The notes beneath the pieces are model-generated. The model did not search any database, was not told the DNA's origin, and worked only from the letters and a program-made list of their open reading frames with translations. 64,000 nucleotides of DNA from Candidatus Cloacimonadales bacterium (GTDB taxonomy: Bacteria; Cloacimonadota; Cloacimonadia; Cloacimonadales; JAIOQZ01), in assembly GCA_963674825.1 (NCBI GenBank), contig OY771587.1, positions 2,176,001 to 2,240,000 of the forward strand, read 5' to 3'. Each line of letters starts with the position of its first letter. Within the stretch, counting starts at the first letter, position 1. Shown here one piece after another: positions 1-9,929 of this stretch. A program made the translations under genes and the position numbers.

Positions 1-2
1 TC

Positions 3-1307
3 ATCCAGAAATCGCTCGATAAAAACCGGCTCGATCCCGACGAGGTCGCCTGCCTCATCGGTGCGGAAGACCCCGACCTGATCCACGAGATCCAGGAAGG
101 TGCACACGAGCTCAAGGAACGCATCTACGGCAACCGTATCGTCCTCTTTGCACCGCTCTATATCGGCAACGACTGTATCAACGACTGCGTCTATTGCGGT
201 TTTCGGGTCTCCAACACGGAGGCCGACCGCAACACCCTCACCATGCAGCAGCTTGAAGCCGAGGTTCGTTCACTGGTCACTAAAGGCCACAAGCGCTTGA
301 TCCTGGTTTATGGCGAACACCCCCGTTACGATGCCCAGTTCATCCATGACACCGTGAAGAAAGTCTATGCCACCAAAGAGGGTAAAGGCGAGATCAGGCG
401 CGTCAATATCAACGCCGCTCCGTTGGACGTGGAAGGCTACAAGCTCGTCAAGGAAGCCGGGATCGGCACCTACCAGATATTCCAGGAAACTTACCATCTT
501 CCTACCTATAAAAAGATGCATCCAAGCGGACCCAAAAGCGACTTCCTCTGGCGTCTCTATGGACTCGATCGCGCTATGGAAGGCGGCATCGACGACCTCG
601 GTATCGGTGCGCTTATGGGACTCTACGACTGGCGTTTCGAGGTTATGGGACTCCTTTATCACACCATCCATCTCGAAGATCGCTTCAATATCGGGCCGCA
701 TACCATCTCCTTCCCGCGTATCGAACTGGCTAACAACACCGATTTCACCAAAGCACCGCCATACGCCGTGACCGACGACGCCTTCAAGAAGCTTGTCGCC
801 ATCATCCGGCTGGCAGTTCCGTACACCGGTATGATCCTCACCGCGCGTGAGCCGGTCGAGATCCGCAACGAAGTGCTGCGCTACGGCGTTTCCCAGATCG
901 ACGCAGGTTCCAGCATCGGCATCGGCGATTATGCCGCCAAGGACGCCGGATCGTTCCGCAAGAGTCAGTTTGCCCTGATGGATAACCGCACGCTGGACGA
1001 AGTGATCGGCGAGCTCGCGCACAGCGGCTATATCCCGTCTTTCTGCACCGCGTGCTACAGGCTTGGCAGGACCGGCGAGCACTTCATGGAATTCGCCATC
1101 CCGGGATTCGTGAAGCGCTATTGCACACCAAACGCTATGCTTACGTTCCTCGAATACATCGAGGACTACGCATCGGGAAGCACCAAGGAAGCAGGTCTGT
1201 CGCTGCTGGACGACGAACTGACCAAGGTTGCCGACGAAGGCACGAAATCTGAGATTCTCAAACGTATGGGACGCGTTCGCGATGGCGAGCGTGACCTCTA
1301 CTTCTAA
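3..1307 (+). CDS. hydG: [FeFe]-hydrogenase H-cluster radical SAM maturase HydG (5' truncated by window edge)
   Basis: Frame is open from position 3, upstream of the ORF-track start at 243, and reads ...RIVLFAPLYIGNDCINDCVYCGF (radical SAM CxxxCxxC). C-terminal SFCTACYR...RYCTPN is the auxiliary cluster CxxC-x22-C motif; ends GERDLYF; adjacent to hydE/hydF. Confidence 0.95.
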   Translation: MQKSLDKNRLDPDEVACLIGAEDPDLIHEIQEGAHELKERIYGNRIVLFAPLYIGNDCINDCVYCGFRVSNTEADRNTLTMQQLEAEVRSLVTKGHKRLILVYGEHPRYDAQFIHDTVKKVYATKEGKGEIRRVNINAAPLDVEGYKLVKEAGIGTYQIFQETYHLPTYKKMHPSGPKSDFLWRLYGLDRAMEGGIDDLGIGALMGLYDWRFEVMGLLYHTIHLEDRFNIGPHTISFPRIELANNTDFTKAPPYAVTDDAFKKLVAIIRLAVPYTGMILTAREPVEIRNEVLRYGVSQIDAGSSIGIGDYAAKDAGSFRKSQFALMDNRTLDEVIGELAHSGYIPSFCTACYRLGRTGEHFMEFAIPGFVKRYCTPNAMLTFLEYIEDYASGSTKEAGLSLLDDELTKVADEGTKSEILKRMGRVRDGERDLYF

Positions 1308-1321
1308 TCGAGGAGCGGCTT

Positions 1322-2686
1322 TTGACCAAAGATTATCGTGTTGAACGCGACGCGTTGGGCGAGATGAAGATATCGTCGGACAAGCTCTACGGCGTCCATA
1401 CTGCTCGTGCGCAGGAGAATTTTCCTATCTCGAGTCTGAGAAATCATCCGCTCTTCATCCGGTCAATGGCTGAGGTGAAGATGGCGTGCGCCATCGCCAA
1501 CACCGAGTTGGAATATCTGGATAAGAAAAAAGGTATGGCTATCCAGAACGCCTGCCGTGAAATTGCGGAAGGAAATCATATGGAGCAGTTTACGCTTGAT
1601 GCCCTGCAAGGCGGTGCAGGCACCTCGACCAACATGAATATGAATGAGGTGATCGCGCGGCTTGCGGGAGAGGATGTCCACCCGCTGCACGATGTGAACA
1701 TGCACCAGTCGACAAACGATGTCTATCCCACCGCTGTGATGGTGACGCTGCTGAAGCAATTGCGCGCGCTTGAGACAGATGTGGCGAAGCTGCAGGACAC
1801 CTTTCAGGCGAAGGAACAGCAATTCCACGATATCGTCAAGCTGGGCAGGACACAGCTTCAAGACGCCGTCCCCATGACTCTCGGGCAGGAGTTCAGTGCT
1901 TATGCGGAAGCAATCACGAGAGACAGGTGGAGAATCTTCAAGTGCCGTGAGCGCATCAAGGTGATCAACCTGGGCGGTACCGCGATCGGGACCGGCCTGG
2001 GAGCGCCACGCAACTATATTTTCAAGACGACCGAAGTGCTGCGGCGCATCACCGGGCTGAACATCGCGCGTGGTGAAAACCTCGTCGATGCCACGCAGAA
2101 CCTGGACGCGATTGCAGAGGTTTCAGGTATCATGAAGGCTTATGCAGTGAACCTCTTCAAGATCGCCAGCGATTTACGGCTGCTTGCCAGCGGACCGCAC
2201 GGAGGCCTGGCCGAGATCAAGCTTCCTCCCATGCAGGCGGGAAGCAGCATTATGCCGGGGAAGGTCAATCCGGTGATCCCGGAAGCGGTGTCGCAGGCTG
2301 CGCTCAAGATCATGGCGAACGATTCGCTCGTTACCCACGCGACCAGCCTCGGGCAACTTGAGCTGAACCAGTTTTATCCGCTGATCGCTTATACCATGAT
2401 GGAATCGCTGGAAATCCTGCAAAACACCTCGCGCATCTTCCGCGAACGTTGCGTGGAAGGGATCGAGGCGAATGAATATTCGTGCCGCGAAAACCTGATG
2501 AGAAGTCCGCTTATCGCGACGGTGCTGGTTCCGCGACTGGGCTATCACAAGGTTGAAGCGCTGATAAAAGAAGCTGCGGAGAAGGGCGTATCCGTGCTCG
2601 ATCACATCAGCGAGGCCGAGGCGATACCCATGGACGAACTGAAAGACCTTCTGGCGCCAAAAAATATGTACAAACTGGGCTATTGA
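1322..2686 (+). CDS. aspA: Aspartate ammonia-lyase (fumarase/aspartase superfamily)
   Basis: GSSIMPGKVNP signature, GGAGTSTNMN, QSTNDVYPT, GRTQLQDAVP; TTG start after GAGGAG. Confidence 0.88.
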   Translation: MTKDYRVERDALGEMKISSDKLYGVHTARAQENFPISSLRNHPLFIRSMAEVKMACAIANTELEYLDKKKGMAIQNACREIAEGNHMEQFTLDALQGGAGTSTNMNMNEVIARLAGEDVHPLHDVNMHQSTNDVYPTAVMVTLLKQLRALETDVAKLQDTFQAKEQQFHDIVKLGRTQLQDAVPMTLGQEFSAYAEAITRDRWRIFKCRERIKVINLGGTAIGTGLGAPRNYIFKTTEVLRRITGLNIARGENLVDATQNLDAIAEVSGIMKAYAVNLFKIASDLRLLASGPHGGLAEIKLPPMQAGSSIMPGKVNPVIPEAVSQAALKIMANDSLVTHATSLGQLELNQFYPLIAYTMMESLEILQNTSRIFRERCVEGIEANEYSCRENLMRSPLIATVLVPRLGYHKVEALIKEAAEKGVSVLDHISEAEAIPMDELKDLLAPKNMYKLGY

Positions 2687-2720
2687 AGACCAGATCAACA
2701 ATATCCGGAGTAAAATCGAT

Positions 2721-3776
2721 ATGATAGATTTCAAGAATCTGAATCGCGACAACCTGGTGGAGCTTTTAACGACCGAGGATGAAAAGCTGCTCGAGCAGAT
2801 GTTCCAGGAAGCCTATCGGGTCAAGCTCGAGAACGTGGGTAACGTGGTCTATTTCCGCGGAATCATCGAGTTCAGCAACATCTGCACCAAGGACTGCTTC
2901 TATTGCGGTATTCGCAAGAGCAACGGCAAGGTGGAGCGCTATATGATGGGTGAGGACGAGATCCTCGAAATGGCGAAGTGGACCTACGAAGCCAACTACG
3001 GCAGCCTTGTTCTCCAGAGCGGTGAACGCAGCGACGAGCAGTTTGTGACGTTCATCGAGCGCATCCTGAAGAAGGTGAAGCAGAACTGGAACCTGGGCAT
3101 AACGCTTTCGCTCGGCGAGCAAACCGAAGAGACTTTCCAACGCTGGTTTGACGCGGGTGCGCATCGCTATCTGTTGCGCATCGAGACCTCCAACCCTGAG
3201 CTGTACAAGACGCTGCACCCGGCGGATCATATGCACGACATGAGGCTGGAGAGTCTCGCCAGTCTGCGCAGGATTGGCTATCAGGTGGGTACCGGCGTTA
3301 TGATCGGCCTTCCCGGGCAGACAGCCGAAGATCTCGCCAACGATATTCTTTTCTTCAAGGAGAAGGACATCGATATGATCGGCATGGGGCCGTACGTGGT
3401 GCACCACGACACCCCGCTGGCTGAGAAGATGCCCGACTTCAACAAGGAGCGTCAGCTCGATCTGGCCTTACGCATGATCGCCCTGACGCGCATCCACCTC
3501 AAGGATGTGAATATCGCCTCCACGACCGCCCTTCAAGCTCTCGACGCAAAAGGCCGGGAATACGGTCTGCGTGCCGGTGCGAACATTATCATGCCGGTTA
3601 TCACCGATACCAAATACCGTAAGCAATACCTGCTCTACGAAGACAAGCCTTGCGTCGATGAAAACGCCAGTATGTGCCGGTCGTGCCTGGAAGGGCGCAT
3701 CCAGTCGGTTGGCGAGTCGATCAGTTATGGTGAATGGGGCGATTCACCGCATTTCAAGAGGAGGAACAATGGCTAA
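2721..3776 (+). CDS. hydE: [FeFe]-hydrogenase maturase HydE (radical SAM)
   Basis: RGIIEFSNICTKDCFYCG, YLLRIETS, GANIIMP, YxLY, C-terminal CVDENASMCRSC. Confidence 0.93.
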   Translation: MIDFKNLNRDNLVELLTTEDEKLLEQMFQEAYRVKLENVGNVVYFRGIIEFSNICTKDCFYCGIRKSNGKVERYMMGEDEILEMAKWTYEANYGSLVLQSGERSDEQFVTFIERILKKVKQNWNLGITLSLGEQTEETFQRWFDAGAHRYLLRIETSNPELYKTLHPADHMHDMRLESLASLRRIGYQVGTGVMIGLPGQTAEDLANDILFFKEKDIDMIGMGPYVVHHDTPLAEKMPDFNKERQLDLALRMIALTRIHLKDVNIASTTALQALDAKGREYGLRAGANIIMPVITDTKYRKQYLLYEDKPCVDENASMCRSCLEGRIQSVGESISYGEWGDSPHFKRRNNG

Positions 3777-4968
3777 GGCACCGCGTGGAGAGAGACTCAT
3801 TATCGCGATCGTGGGTCGGCGTAACGCGGGTAAATCCTCGCTGATCAACGCTCTTACCGGACAGGATATCGCCATCGTTTCCGATACCGCAGGAACTACC
3901 ACCGATCCCGTCGCCAAACCATACGAACTTCTTCCGATCGGGCCGGTGACGATCTATGATACCGCTGGCATCGACGACGTGGGCGAACTGGGCGAAAAGC
4001 GCGTCAAATCGACCCGCCGTATCCTCTTCCGCAGCGATATCGCAATCGTTGTCGTCGACCACGAGGGAATCGACAATCGGGTCAAGGCGATTATCGACGA
4101 GATTCAGGAGCTGAAGATTCCGTTCGTGGTGGCATTCAACAAGATCGATCTGGGTGACGTAAAGCCGGAGGACATCGCGTACTGCGAATCGCAAGGGATC
4201 CCATGGAAAGGTGTATCCAGCGTTAACGACGATGGCGTGACCGAACTCAAAGAGATGATGGCTACCATCGTTCCGGGCGAATACCTGGACGAGAAGGTAC
4301 TTATCGGTGATCTCATCCGTGCTGGCGACCTGGTCGTTCTAGTGACGCCCATTGACCTCGCAGCGCCCAAGGGGCGCTTGATTCTGCCGCAAGTGCAGGT
4401 TTTACGTGAAATCCTCGATAACGACGCTATCGGTGTGATCGTGAAGGAACGAGAGCTGGAAGATGCGCTCCGCAAGCTGAATCGGGAGCCCGACCTGGTC
4501 GTGACTGATTCACAGGTGATTCTCAAGGCATCCGGCGATGTTACGCCTGATATCCCGCTGACCACCTTCTCCACCGTCTTCGCGCGCTACAAGGGCGATC
4601 TGGATGTGTTCGTGGATGGCGCGAAGAAGATCGACGACCTCAGGGACGGCGACAAGGTGCTCATCGCGGAAGCGTGCTCGCATCACGTGCAGTCGGACGA
4701 TATAGGCCGGGTGAAGATCCCGCGCTGGCTGCGGCAATACACAGGAAAGGATCTGGATATCGAGGTTGTGGCAGGTCACGATTTTCCCGAGGATCTGGAA
4801 AAATACGCGCTGGTGATCCATTGCGGCGGCTGCATGATGAATCGCATGGAGATGATGCGACGGCTGCGCGAATGCACAAGACGGCACGTCGATGTCACCA
4901 ACTACGGTGTAGCCATCTCGAAGCTGCATGGTGTCCTTGATCGCGTTGTAGAACCGTTTTATTCTTAG
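3769..4968 (+). CDS. hydF: [FeFe]-hydrogenase maturation GTPase HydF
   Basis: GRRNAGKS P-loop, DTAG, NKID, AAPKGRLILPQVQ, EACSHH and HCGGCM FeS ligands. ATG 3769 follows GAGGAGG and overlaps the hydE end by 8 nt. Confidence 0.95.
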   Translation: MAKAPRGERLIIAIVGRRNAGKSSLINALTGQDIAIVSDTAGTTTDPVAKPYELLPIGPVTIYDTAGIDDVGELGEKRVKSTRRILFRSDIAIVVVDHEGIDNRVKAIIDEIQELKIPFVVAFNKIDLGDVKPEDIAYCESQGIPWKGVSSVNDDGVTELKEMMATIVPGEYLDEKVLIGDLIRAGDLVVLVTPIDLAAPKGRLILPQVQVLREILDNDAIGVIVKERELEDALRKLNREPDLVVTDSQVILKASGDVTPDIPLTTFSTVFARYKGDLDVFVDGAKKIDDLRDGDKVLIAEACSHHVQSDDIGRVKIPRWLRQYTGKDLDIEVVAGHDFPEDLEKYALVIHCGGCMMNRMEMMRRLRECTRRHVDVTNYGVAISKLHGVLDRVVEPFYS

Positions 4969-4980
4969 ATTTCCAATGTA

Positions 4981-5011
4981 GGGGCAGGTTGTGGGTCTGC
5001 CCCCGTTTTTT
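4981..5011 (+). terminator. Rho-independent terminator of hyd operon (REP-like hairpin)
   Basis: GGGGCAG...CTGCCCC stem followed by T-run; preceded by GTAG at 4978. Confidence 0.7.
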
Positions 5012-5206
5012 GCAATGTGTTTCCACGTAGCAGAACAAAGATCATGAAATTTTAACTCACTGAAAATCCTGCATTCTATTCAAAAATCGGAGAAACGAAC
5101 GGTTTCAATTTTTTTTGAAACAACCTTTGACATTTCTGGAGAATTGGGGCATTTTGTGCATAAGAAAGAAGAACTTAAATATTTGCGATCACAACAGGAG
5201 GATACT

Positions 5207-7411
5207 ATGAAAAAGGCCGTGATTTTATTCTTATTCGTCACGTTGATCCAGCTGATCTTTGCAGCTTGGAGCGATGACGCCACTCTCAATAACGCCGTGT
5301 GTACGCTCAATGGAGAACAGGCGATCCCCAAGACCGCGGTCTGTGAGGACGGAACGTTCTATATCGCATGGTTTTCCAACGATAGCGGAAACTACGATGT
5401 CCGCGCGCAATACTACGATTACGACGGAAATGAACAGTGGGACACAGACGGACTATTGATCAGCGATAATGAACAGATGACCTGGCTTACGCAGTGGGAT
5501 ATTTGTTGCGATCCTGCCGGTAACTTGATTCTTTCGTTCCAGGACATTCGTTACAATACCAACCCTGACATTTTTGTTTACAAAATTGCTCCTGATGGCT
5601 CTTTCCTCTGGGGCGATGATGGCATCGCAATCACGAACGACGATGTTTCAAATATGGTAGCTACCTGTACCGCAACAACCGAAAACAACGTTATCGTAGC
5701 CTGGATGACCGAAGACGGTGTCGGTGTTCAGGCGCTTTCTCCCGATGGTGATATCGTCGCAGATCCATATATGGAGCTTGTCGATACCGAAATTACATAC
5801 AGTCATCCGCAGCTTGTTCCTGTTGAAAACGATTGTTTCATCATGAAATACTTCAAGGACTCTGGCCCGACGTGGTCGCCCACACGTCATGTATATGCCA
5901 TGAAATACAACAGCAGCCTCGAAGAACAATGGGATAACGAATGTGTTATCTCGACTCAGGGCGGAATCAGCGCTTGGACACAGCGCTTCTCGATATCGCC
6001 TGACGAAAACGGTGGCTTTGGCATCTGCTGGCACGAAGACCGTGACGGCGACAACATGAGTAATGTCTATGCACAGTGGGTGCTTAGTGATGGCACCACT
6101 GTCTATCCTGACGGCGGCGTTCTCGCTTCCACAAACGAATATACCCAGGGATTTTACTCGTTTGTTGTAGTGGATCCGGTAGAAGAAGTGTTGACTGTGT
6201 TCTGGAACGAGATGGACGGCGACCAAAATAACCGCGGGCTTTCCGGCCAGAAATTCGATCAGGTCGGGCATCGACTTTGGACAGATGCCGGCCAGACGCT
6301 CATCGCAATGGGTGGCGACAATCCATATCCTTTTGGCGCACAGCCGGCTATCACAGATGCCATGACACAGAATTCCATCCTGTTCTATACGATCAATGCC
6401 GGCGCAAACACGGACTATATCATGGCGATGTGTGTCGATGCAGATGGCGAGCAGGTCTGGATGGATGAATCGGTCTATATCTGCGAAACAGCGAACGACG
6501 TGGTGCATCCTGTCGTATCGAATCCCAACAACCAGTATGTCTTCGCAACGTGGGAAGACAGCCGCAACGGTTCAGCCGACATCTACGCGCAGAACATCTC
6601 ATTCGATGGTGAGCTTGGTCCTGTTGAAGCATCGTCTGGTATCTCTGGTGAGGTTACGCTCGATGGCGGTAGTGGCGCGCTTGAGGATGTGGTGATCACC
6701 ATTGGCGAGATCACTTACAACCCAAACCAGGCTGGCTTCTACTTTGCTCAACTCGATGCAGGAACCTACACGATCGATTTTGAGCTGGAAGGGTATGAAT
6801 CAGCTACACTGGAAGATGTTGTGGTAAACGAAGGTGAGGTCACTATTGACCAGAACGTTACGCTTATGTACATAGAACCAAGTGGAGTCTCCGGATCAAT
6901 CTCTCTCGAAGGTGGTCCTGGTGATGTCTCTGAAGTGGCGATTACGATTGGTGACGATGTTTATCATCCGGATGTTGCTGGATACTACTACATCCTGCTC
7001 GATCCGGGAACATATACGATCCATTACTCTCTGGAACTCTTTGAAACCGTAACACTGGAAGATGTGGTTGTGACTGAGGGTGAGATCAACGATGGGATCG
7101 ATGTTACGCTGGAATTTATCCAGGCTGCGAACAACGAAGACATGATCCCGGCAGAACTTGAAGTAGGTGTATATCCGAACCCGTTCAATCCGATGACCAA
7201 TATCAAGTGGTCGATCCCCGAGCCGGGCGATGTTCAGATTGAGGTTTACGATATCAAGGGTAGAAAGGTTGTCACCACGATCCAGCACAATCAGCCTGCG
7301 GGTGAAGGCTCGTATAGCCTCAATGCCGAAGGATTCGGCAGCGGTATCTATTTCATCAGAGTAAATGCACTTGGGAACAGCATCGTGCGTAAGGCTGTTC
7401 TCTTAAAATAA
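5207..7411 (+). CDS. Secreted protein: repeat-rich N-terminal region, two carboxypeptidase-regulatory-like Ig domains, C-terminal FlgD-Ig/T9SS-like domain
   Basis: Signal peptide MKKAVILFLF...; repeated W.D.R...DIY/DIF motifs; two SG.SG.(V/I).L.GG...GTYTI repeats; YPNPFNP...YDIKGRKV...SGIYF...KAVLLK tail; AGGAGG RBS. Confidence 0.8.
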   Translation: MKKAVILFLFVTLIQLIFAAWSDDATLNNAVCTLNGEQAIPKTAVCEDGTFYIAWFSNDSGNYDVRAQYYDYDGNEQWDTDGLLISDNEQMTWLTQWDICCDPAGNLILSFQDIRYNTNPDIFVYKIAPDGSFLWGDDGIAITNDDVSNMVATCTATTENNVIVAWMTEDGVGVQALSPDGDIVADPYMELVDTEITYSHPQLVPVENDCFIMKYFKDSGPTWSPTRHVYAMKYNSSLEEQWDNECVISTQGGISAWTQRFSISPDENGGFGICWHEDRDGDNMSNVYAQWVLSDGTTVYPDGGVLASTNEYTQGFYSFVVVDPVEEVLTVFWNEMDGDQNNRGLSGQKFDQVGHRLWTDAGQTLIAMGGDNPYPFGAQPAITDAMTQNSILFYTINAGANTDYIMAMCVDADGEQVWMDESVYICETANDVVHPVVSNPNNQYVFATWEDSRNGSADIYAQNISFDGELGPVEASSGISGEVTLDGGSGALEDVVITIGEITYNPNQAGFYFAQLDAGTYTIDFELEGYESATLEDVVVNEGEVTIDQNVTLMYIEPSGVSGSISLEGGPGDVSEVAITIGDDVYHPDVAGYYYILLDPGTYTIHYSLELFETVTLEDVVVTEGEINDGIDVTLEFIQAANNEDMIPAELEVGVYPNPFNPMTNIKWSIPEPGDVQIEVYDIKGRKVVTTIQHNQPAGEGSYSLNAEGFGSGIYFIRVNALGNSIVRKAVLLK

Positions 7412-7432
7412 CCCGACCCTCCTCTAATGATG

Positions 7433-7465
7433 GCCGCCGGTGAATTGATCATCGGCGGTTTTTTT
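7433..7465 (+). terminator. Rho-independent terminator
   Basis: GCCGCCGGTGA/TCATCGGCGGT stem plus T7. Confidence 0.75.
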
Positions 7466-7486
7466 AATCTAAATTTCGATGTAGGA

Positions 7487-7513
7487 TTAGCACTCACCAG
7501 GAATGATTGCTAA
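7487..7513. promoter_or_regulatory. CIRCE element (HrcA operator)
   Basis: TTAGCACTC-N9-GATTGCTAA, one mismatch from TTAGCACTC-N9-GAGTGCTAA, directly upstream of hsp20. Confidence 0.9.
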
Positions 7514-7520
7514 TTTGTGT

Positions 7521-7550
7521 TTGACAACTCACATTTCCCGATTATATTAT
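7521..7550 (+). promoter_or_regulatory. Sigma70-type promoter of hsp20
   Basis: TTGACA at 7521-7526; TATATT/TATTAT 16-18 nt downstream. Confidence 0.65.
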
Positions 7551-7635
7551 CCTTTGAAAAATGATCAAGCGTCGCTGTGAAAGCAGAAGACGTAACTTGA
7601 TCGGTCATCGAAAACAGACAATAAGGAGGTTAATC

Positions 7636-8064
7636 ATGAAACTGGTACCCTGGAAAAAGCAGGAAAGCGAAGTTCCGATGATGTCCTTGTTTGACGATTT
7701 CGTTGATCGGTTTTTCGAAATGCCGAAACGAAACCTGAACGCAATGATGTCGATGGATGTTATCGAGAACGAAAACGATTACAAGATTGTAGCTGATCTT
7801 CCCGGAATGAAGAAGGAAGACGTGAAGATTTCCACCGGAAACGGACAACTGGTTATCGAAGCGCATCGGGAAGAAAAGAGCGAGAAGAAGGAGAAGGGCA
7901 ACGTGGTATACTCCGAACGCTATTCGGGAAGCTACTGCCGCACGATTCCCATTCCGGGCGACATCGATCCGTCAATGATCAAAGCAAAGATGAACGATGG
8001 AACGCTTGAGCTGATTATCCCCAAGGGAGAGAGCTCTGTTCGCAAAGAAATCACGATCGAATAA
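7636..8064 (+). CDS. Small heat-shock protein, Hsp20/alpha-crystallin family
   Basis: DVIENENDYKIVADLPG, ERYSGSYCRTIPIP, AKMNDGTLELIIPK; AAGGAGGT RBS; CIRCE upstream. Confidence 0.93.
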   Translation: MKLVPWKKQESEVPMMSLFDDFVDRFFEMPKRNLNAMMSMDVIENENDYKIVADLPGMKKEDVKISTGNGQLVIEAHREEKSEKKEKGNVVYSERYSGSYCRTIPIPGDIDPSMIKAKMNDGTLELIIPKGESSVRKEITIE

Positions 8065-8079
8065 CCTGCAGAAATAACG

Positions 8080-8113
8080 AAAACCGCCGGGTGACATTCA
8101 TCCGGCGGTTTTT
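8080..8113. terminator. Bidirectional terminator between convergent genes
   Basis: AAAACCGCCGG...CCGGCGGTTTTT. Confidence 0.8.
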
Positions 8114-8128
8114 CATTTCGTGTGAAAA

Positions 8129-8653
8129 TCAATCGTTATAGAAGCCGCAACCGATGAACATCTCCATCTCGCCGGGACGCTCGATAAAGGCACGCTTCGG
8201 TTTGATTTCGCCGGTTCCGGGATAGGGCCAAAGGTAGCTGATCCAGCCGGATCCTTTTTCTTTGGCGATATTGACCATTTCGGCGATCATCTTCACGCCG
8301 TCGGCATCCTCTTTGTCGATCAGATTCTTTCCGATCAATTCGGGGGATGCTTCATGCGCGATGACGGTTCCATCCAGATTATAGACGAAAAGGTAGTATT
8401 CACCTTCCACAAACTGGCCCTTGATGTCGTCGAATTGTGCGAAGACAGCCTGACGGCCTTCTTCGGTAGTGCCTTGTTCCAGCATCAACGCGACAGCTTT
8501 CTCGACAAGCGCCATGACGGCGGTATCGCGTGCTGAAAGCGTATCGGGTTTAGCGATTTCTTCTTGTTTGGGCTCGGCCTGCTGTTTTTGCGCTTGTGTA
8601 CAGGCACCCAGAAGAAGCAAAATGGACAGAAAAACGATTAAATACTTCATCAT
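8129..8653 (-). CDS. Stand-alone single Cache-domain lipoprotein
   Basis: Lipobox LLGAC; YLFVYNLDGTVIAH, GKNLIDKEDADG, GSGWISYLWP, KPKRAF, IGCGFY. Confidence 0.85.
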   Translation of the reverse strand: MMKYLIVFLSILLLLGACTQAQKQQAEPKQEEIAKPDTLSARDTAVMALVEKAVALMLEQGTTEEGRQAVFAQFDDIKGQFVEGEYYLFVYNLDGTVIAHEASPELIGKNLIDKEDADGVKMIAEMVNIAKEKGSGWISYLWPYPGTGEIKPKRAFIERPGEMEMFIGCGFYND

Positions 8654-8805
8654 AACTCCTTTTTCGTGTCGTATGCAAATATTCTATGCTAATAATGACT
8701 ATTCACGCTTTCGGTTGTCAACGTCTTTGTTTTGCGTCGAAATTTCTTGACGTTCTCTTTCGTATCAACCAGCAATAGAATCAATGAGCAATCCTGGAGG
8801 TTACG

Positions 8806-9882
8806 ATGCAAAAACACTTGATATTTCTTATTCTACTCTCACTGATCCTTATGCCGCTGATGGCAAAAAGCTACGCCGAATGGCAGACCAGCATGGGCAG
8901 CTTCCGCTGTATTCTGCACGAGGATCTTGTACCTATTACTGCAAATAATTTCATCGATCTGGCTCGTGCGAATTTTTATGATGGACTAATCTTCCACCGC
9001 GTGATCGAGGATTTCGTCATTCAAGATGGATGCCCTAACGGTAACGGAACCGGTGGTCCTGGCTATTCGATCCCGGATGAATTCTGCGAAGAGCTTCGGC
9101 ATGACGGTCCTGGCGTTCTCGCGATGGCTAACGCCGGCCCCAACACCGGCGGCTCGCAGTATTACATCACACTTGCGGCAACGCCATGGCTGGACGATAG
9201 CTATTCAATCTTCGGCAATGTGATCACGGGACTTGATACCGTGATGGCAATCGGATCCGTTGAGACCAACAGCAACGATAAGCCGCTCGTCGATGTCGTC
9301 ATCGACAGCATCCGCATCTTCGATTTCCAGATCAACGGTATTTATCCAGAGGAATCCGTTCTCACCTATCCAGAGAACACAGCGCTGTACTTCATGGTTC
9401 TGGCAACCGGATATGAACTGACACCGATTTACGAATGGACGATCAATGGCGAGTATGTCGGAAACAGCTTCAGCCTGAACCATACTTTCACCGAAGGTGG
9501 GGAGTACGAGGTTGTATGCACAGTCTCCGATGGCACATACGCAGTCGACACAAACTGGCAGATCACAATTGAATCCATCGCGAATGACGACGAGACGGTA
9601 ACGCCGGCAGCGCAAGCATTCCAGATTGTTCCGAATCCGTTCAATCCCGAGACATCCGTGGCGTTCAATATGGAAGAACCCGGTCAGGTGCGGATCGACA
9701 TATACAACACCCGCGGTCAGAAGGTGCGCAGCCTGGTTGACGGCAGAATGGAACGCGGTCAGCAGAATGTCCTTTGGAATGGCCGTGACGATCGCAATCA
9801 ACCGGTGACTTCCGGAGTTTATATGATTCAGCTGGTACGTGATGGGCAGTCGTCTGTGCGTAAAGCTCTGATGCTGAAATAA
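8806..9882 (+). CDS. Secreted cyclophilin-type peptidyl-prolyl isomerase with Ig/PKD-like and FlgD-Ig/T9SS-like C-terminal domains
   Basis: FYDGLIFHRVIEDFVIQDG, AMANAGPNTGGSQYYIT; signal peptide; PNPFNP...YNTRGQKV...KALMLK tail. Confidence 0.9.
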   Translation: MQKHLIFLILLSLILMPLMAKSYAEWQTSMGSFRCILHEDLVPITANNFIDLARANFYDGLIFHRVIEDFVIQDGCPNGNGTGGPGYSIPDEFCEELRHDGPGVLAMANAGPNTGGSQYYITLAATPWLDDSYSIFGNVITGLDTVMAIGSVETNSNDKPLVDVVIDSIRIFDFQINGIYPEESVLTYPENTALYFMVLATGYELTPIYEWTINGEYVGNSFSLNHTFTEGGEYEVVCTVSDGTYAVDTNWQITIESIANDDETVTPAAQAFQIVPNPFNPETSVAFNMEEPGQVRIDIYNTRGQKVRSLVDGRMERGQQNVLWNGRDDRNQPVTSGVYMIQLVRDGQSSVRKALMLK

Positions 9883-9902
9883 TCCTGATAAATATCATTG
9901 AT

Positions 9903-9929
9903 GGCAGGCAGCACCGCCTGCCTTTTTTT
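9903..9929 (+). terminator. Rho-independent terminator
   Basis: GGCAGGC-AGCACC-GCCTGCC plus T7. Confidence 0.75.

Noticed and set aside
3..1307. thiH or bioB calls for the radical SAM genes
   Set aside because: The auxiliary cluster motif and hydF context support hydG and hydE.
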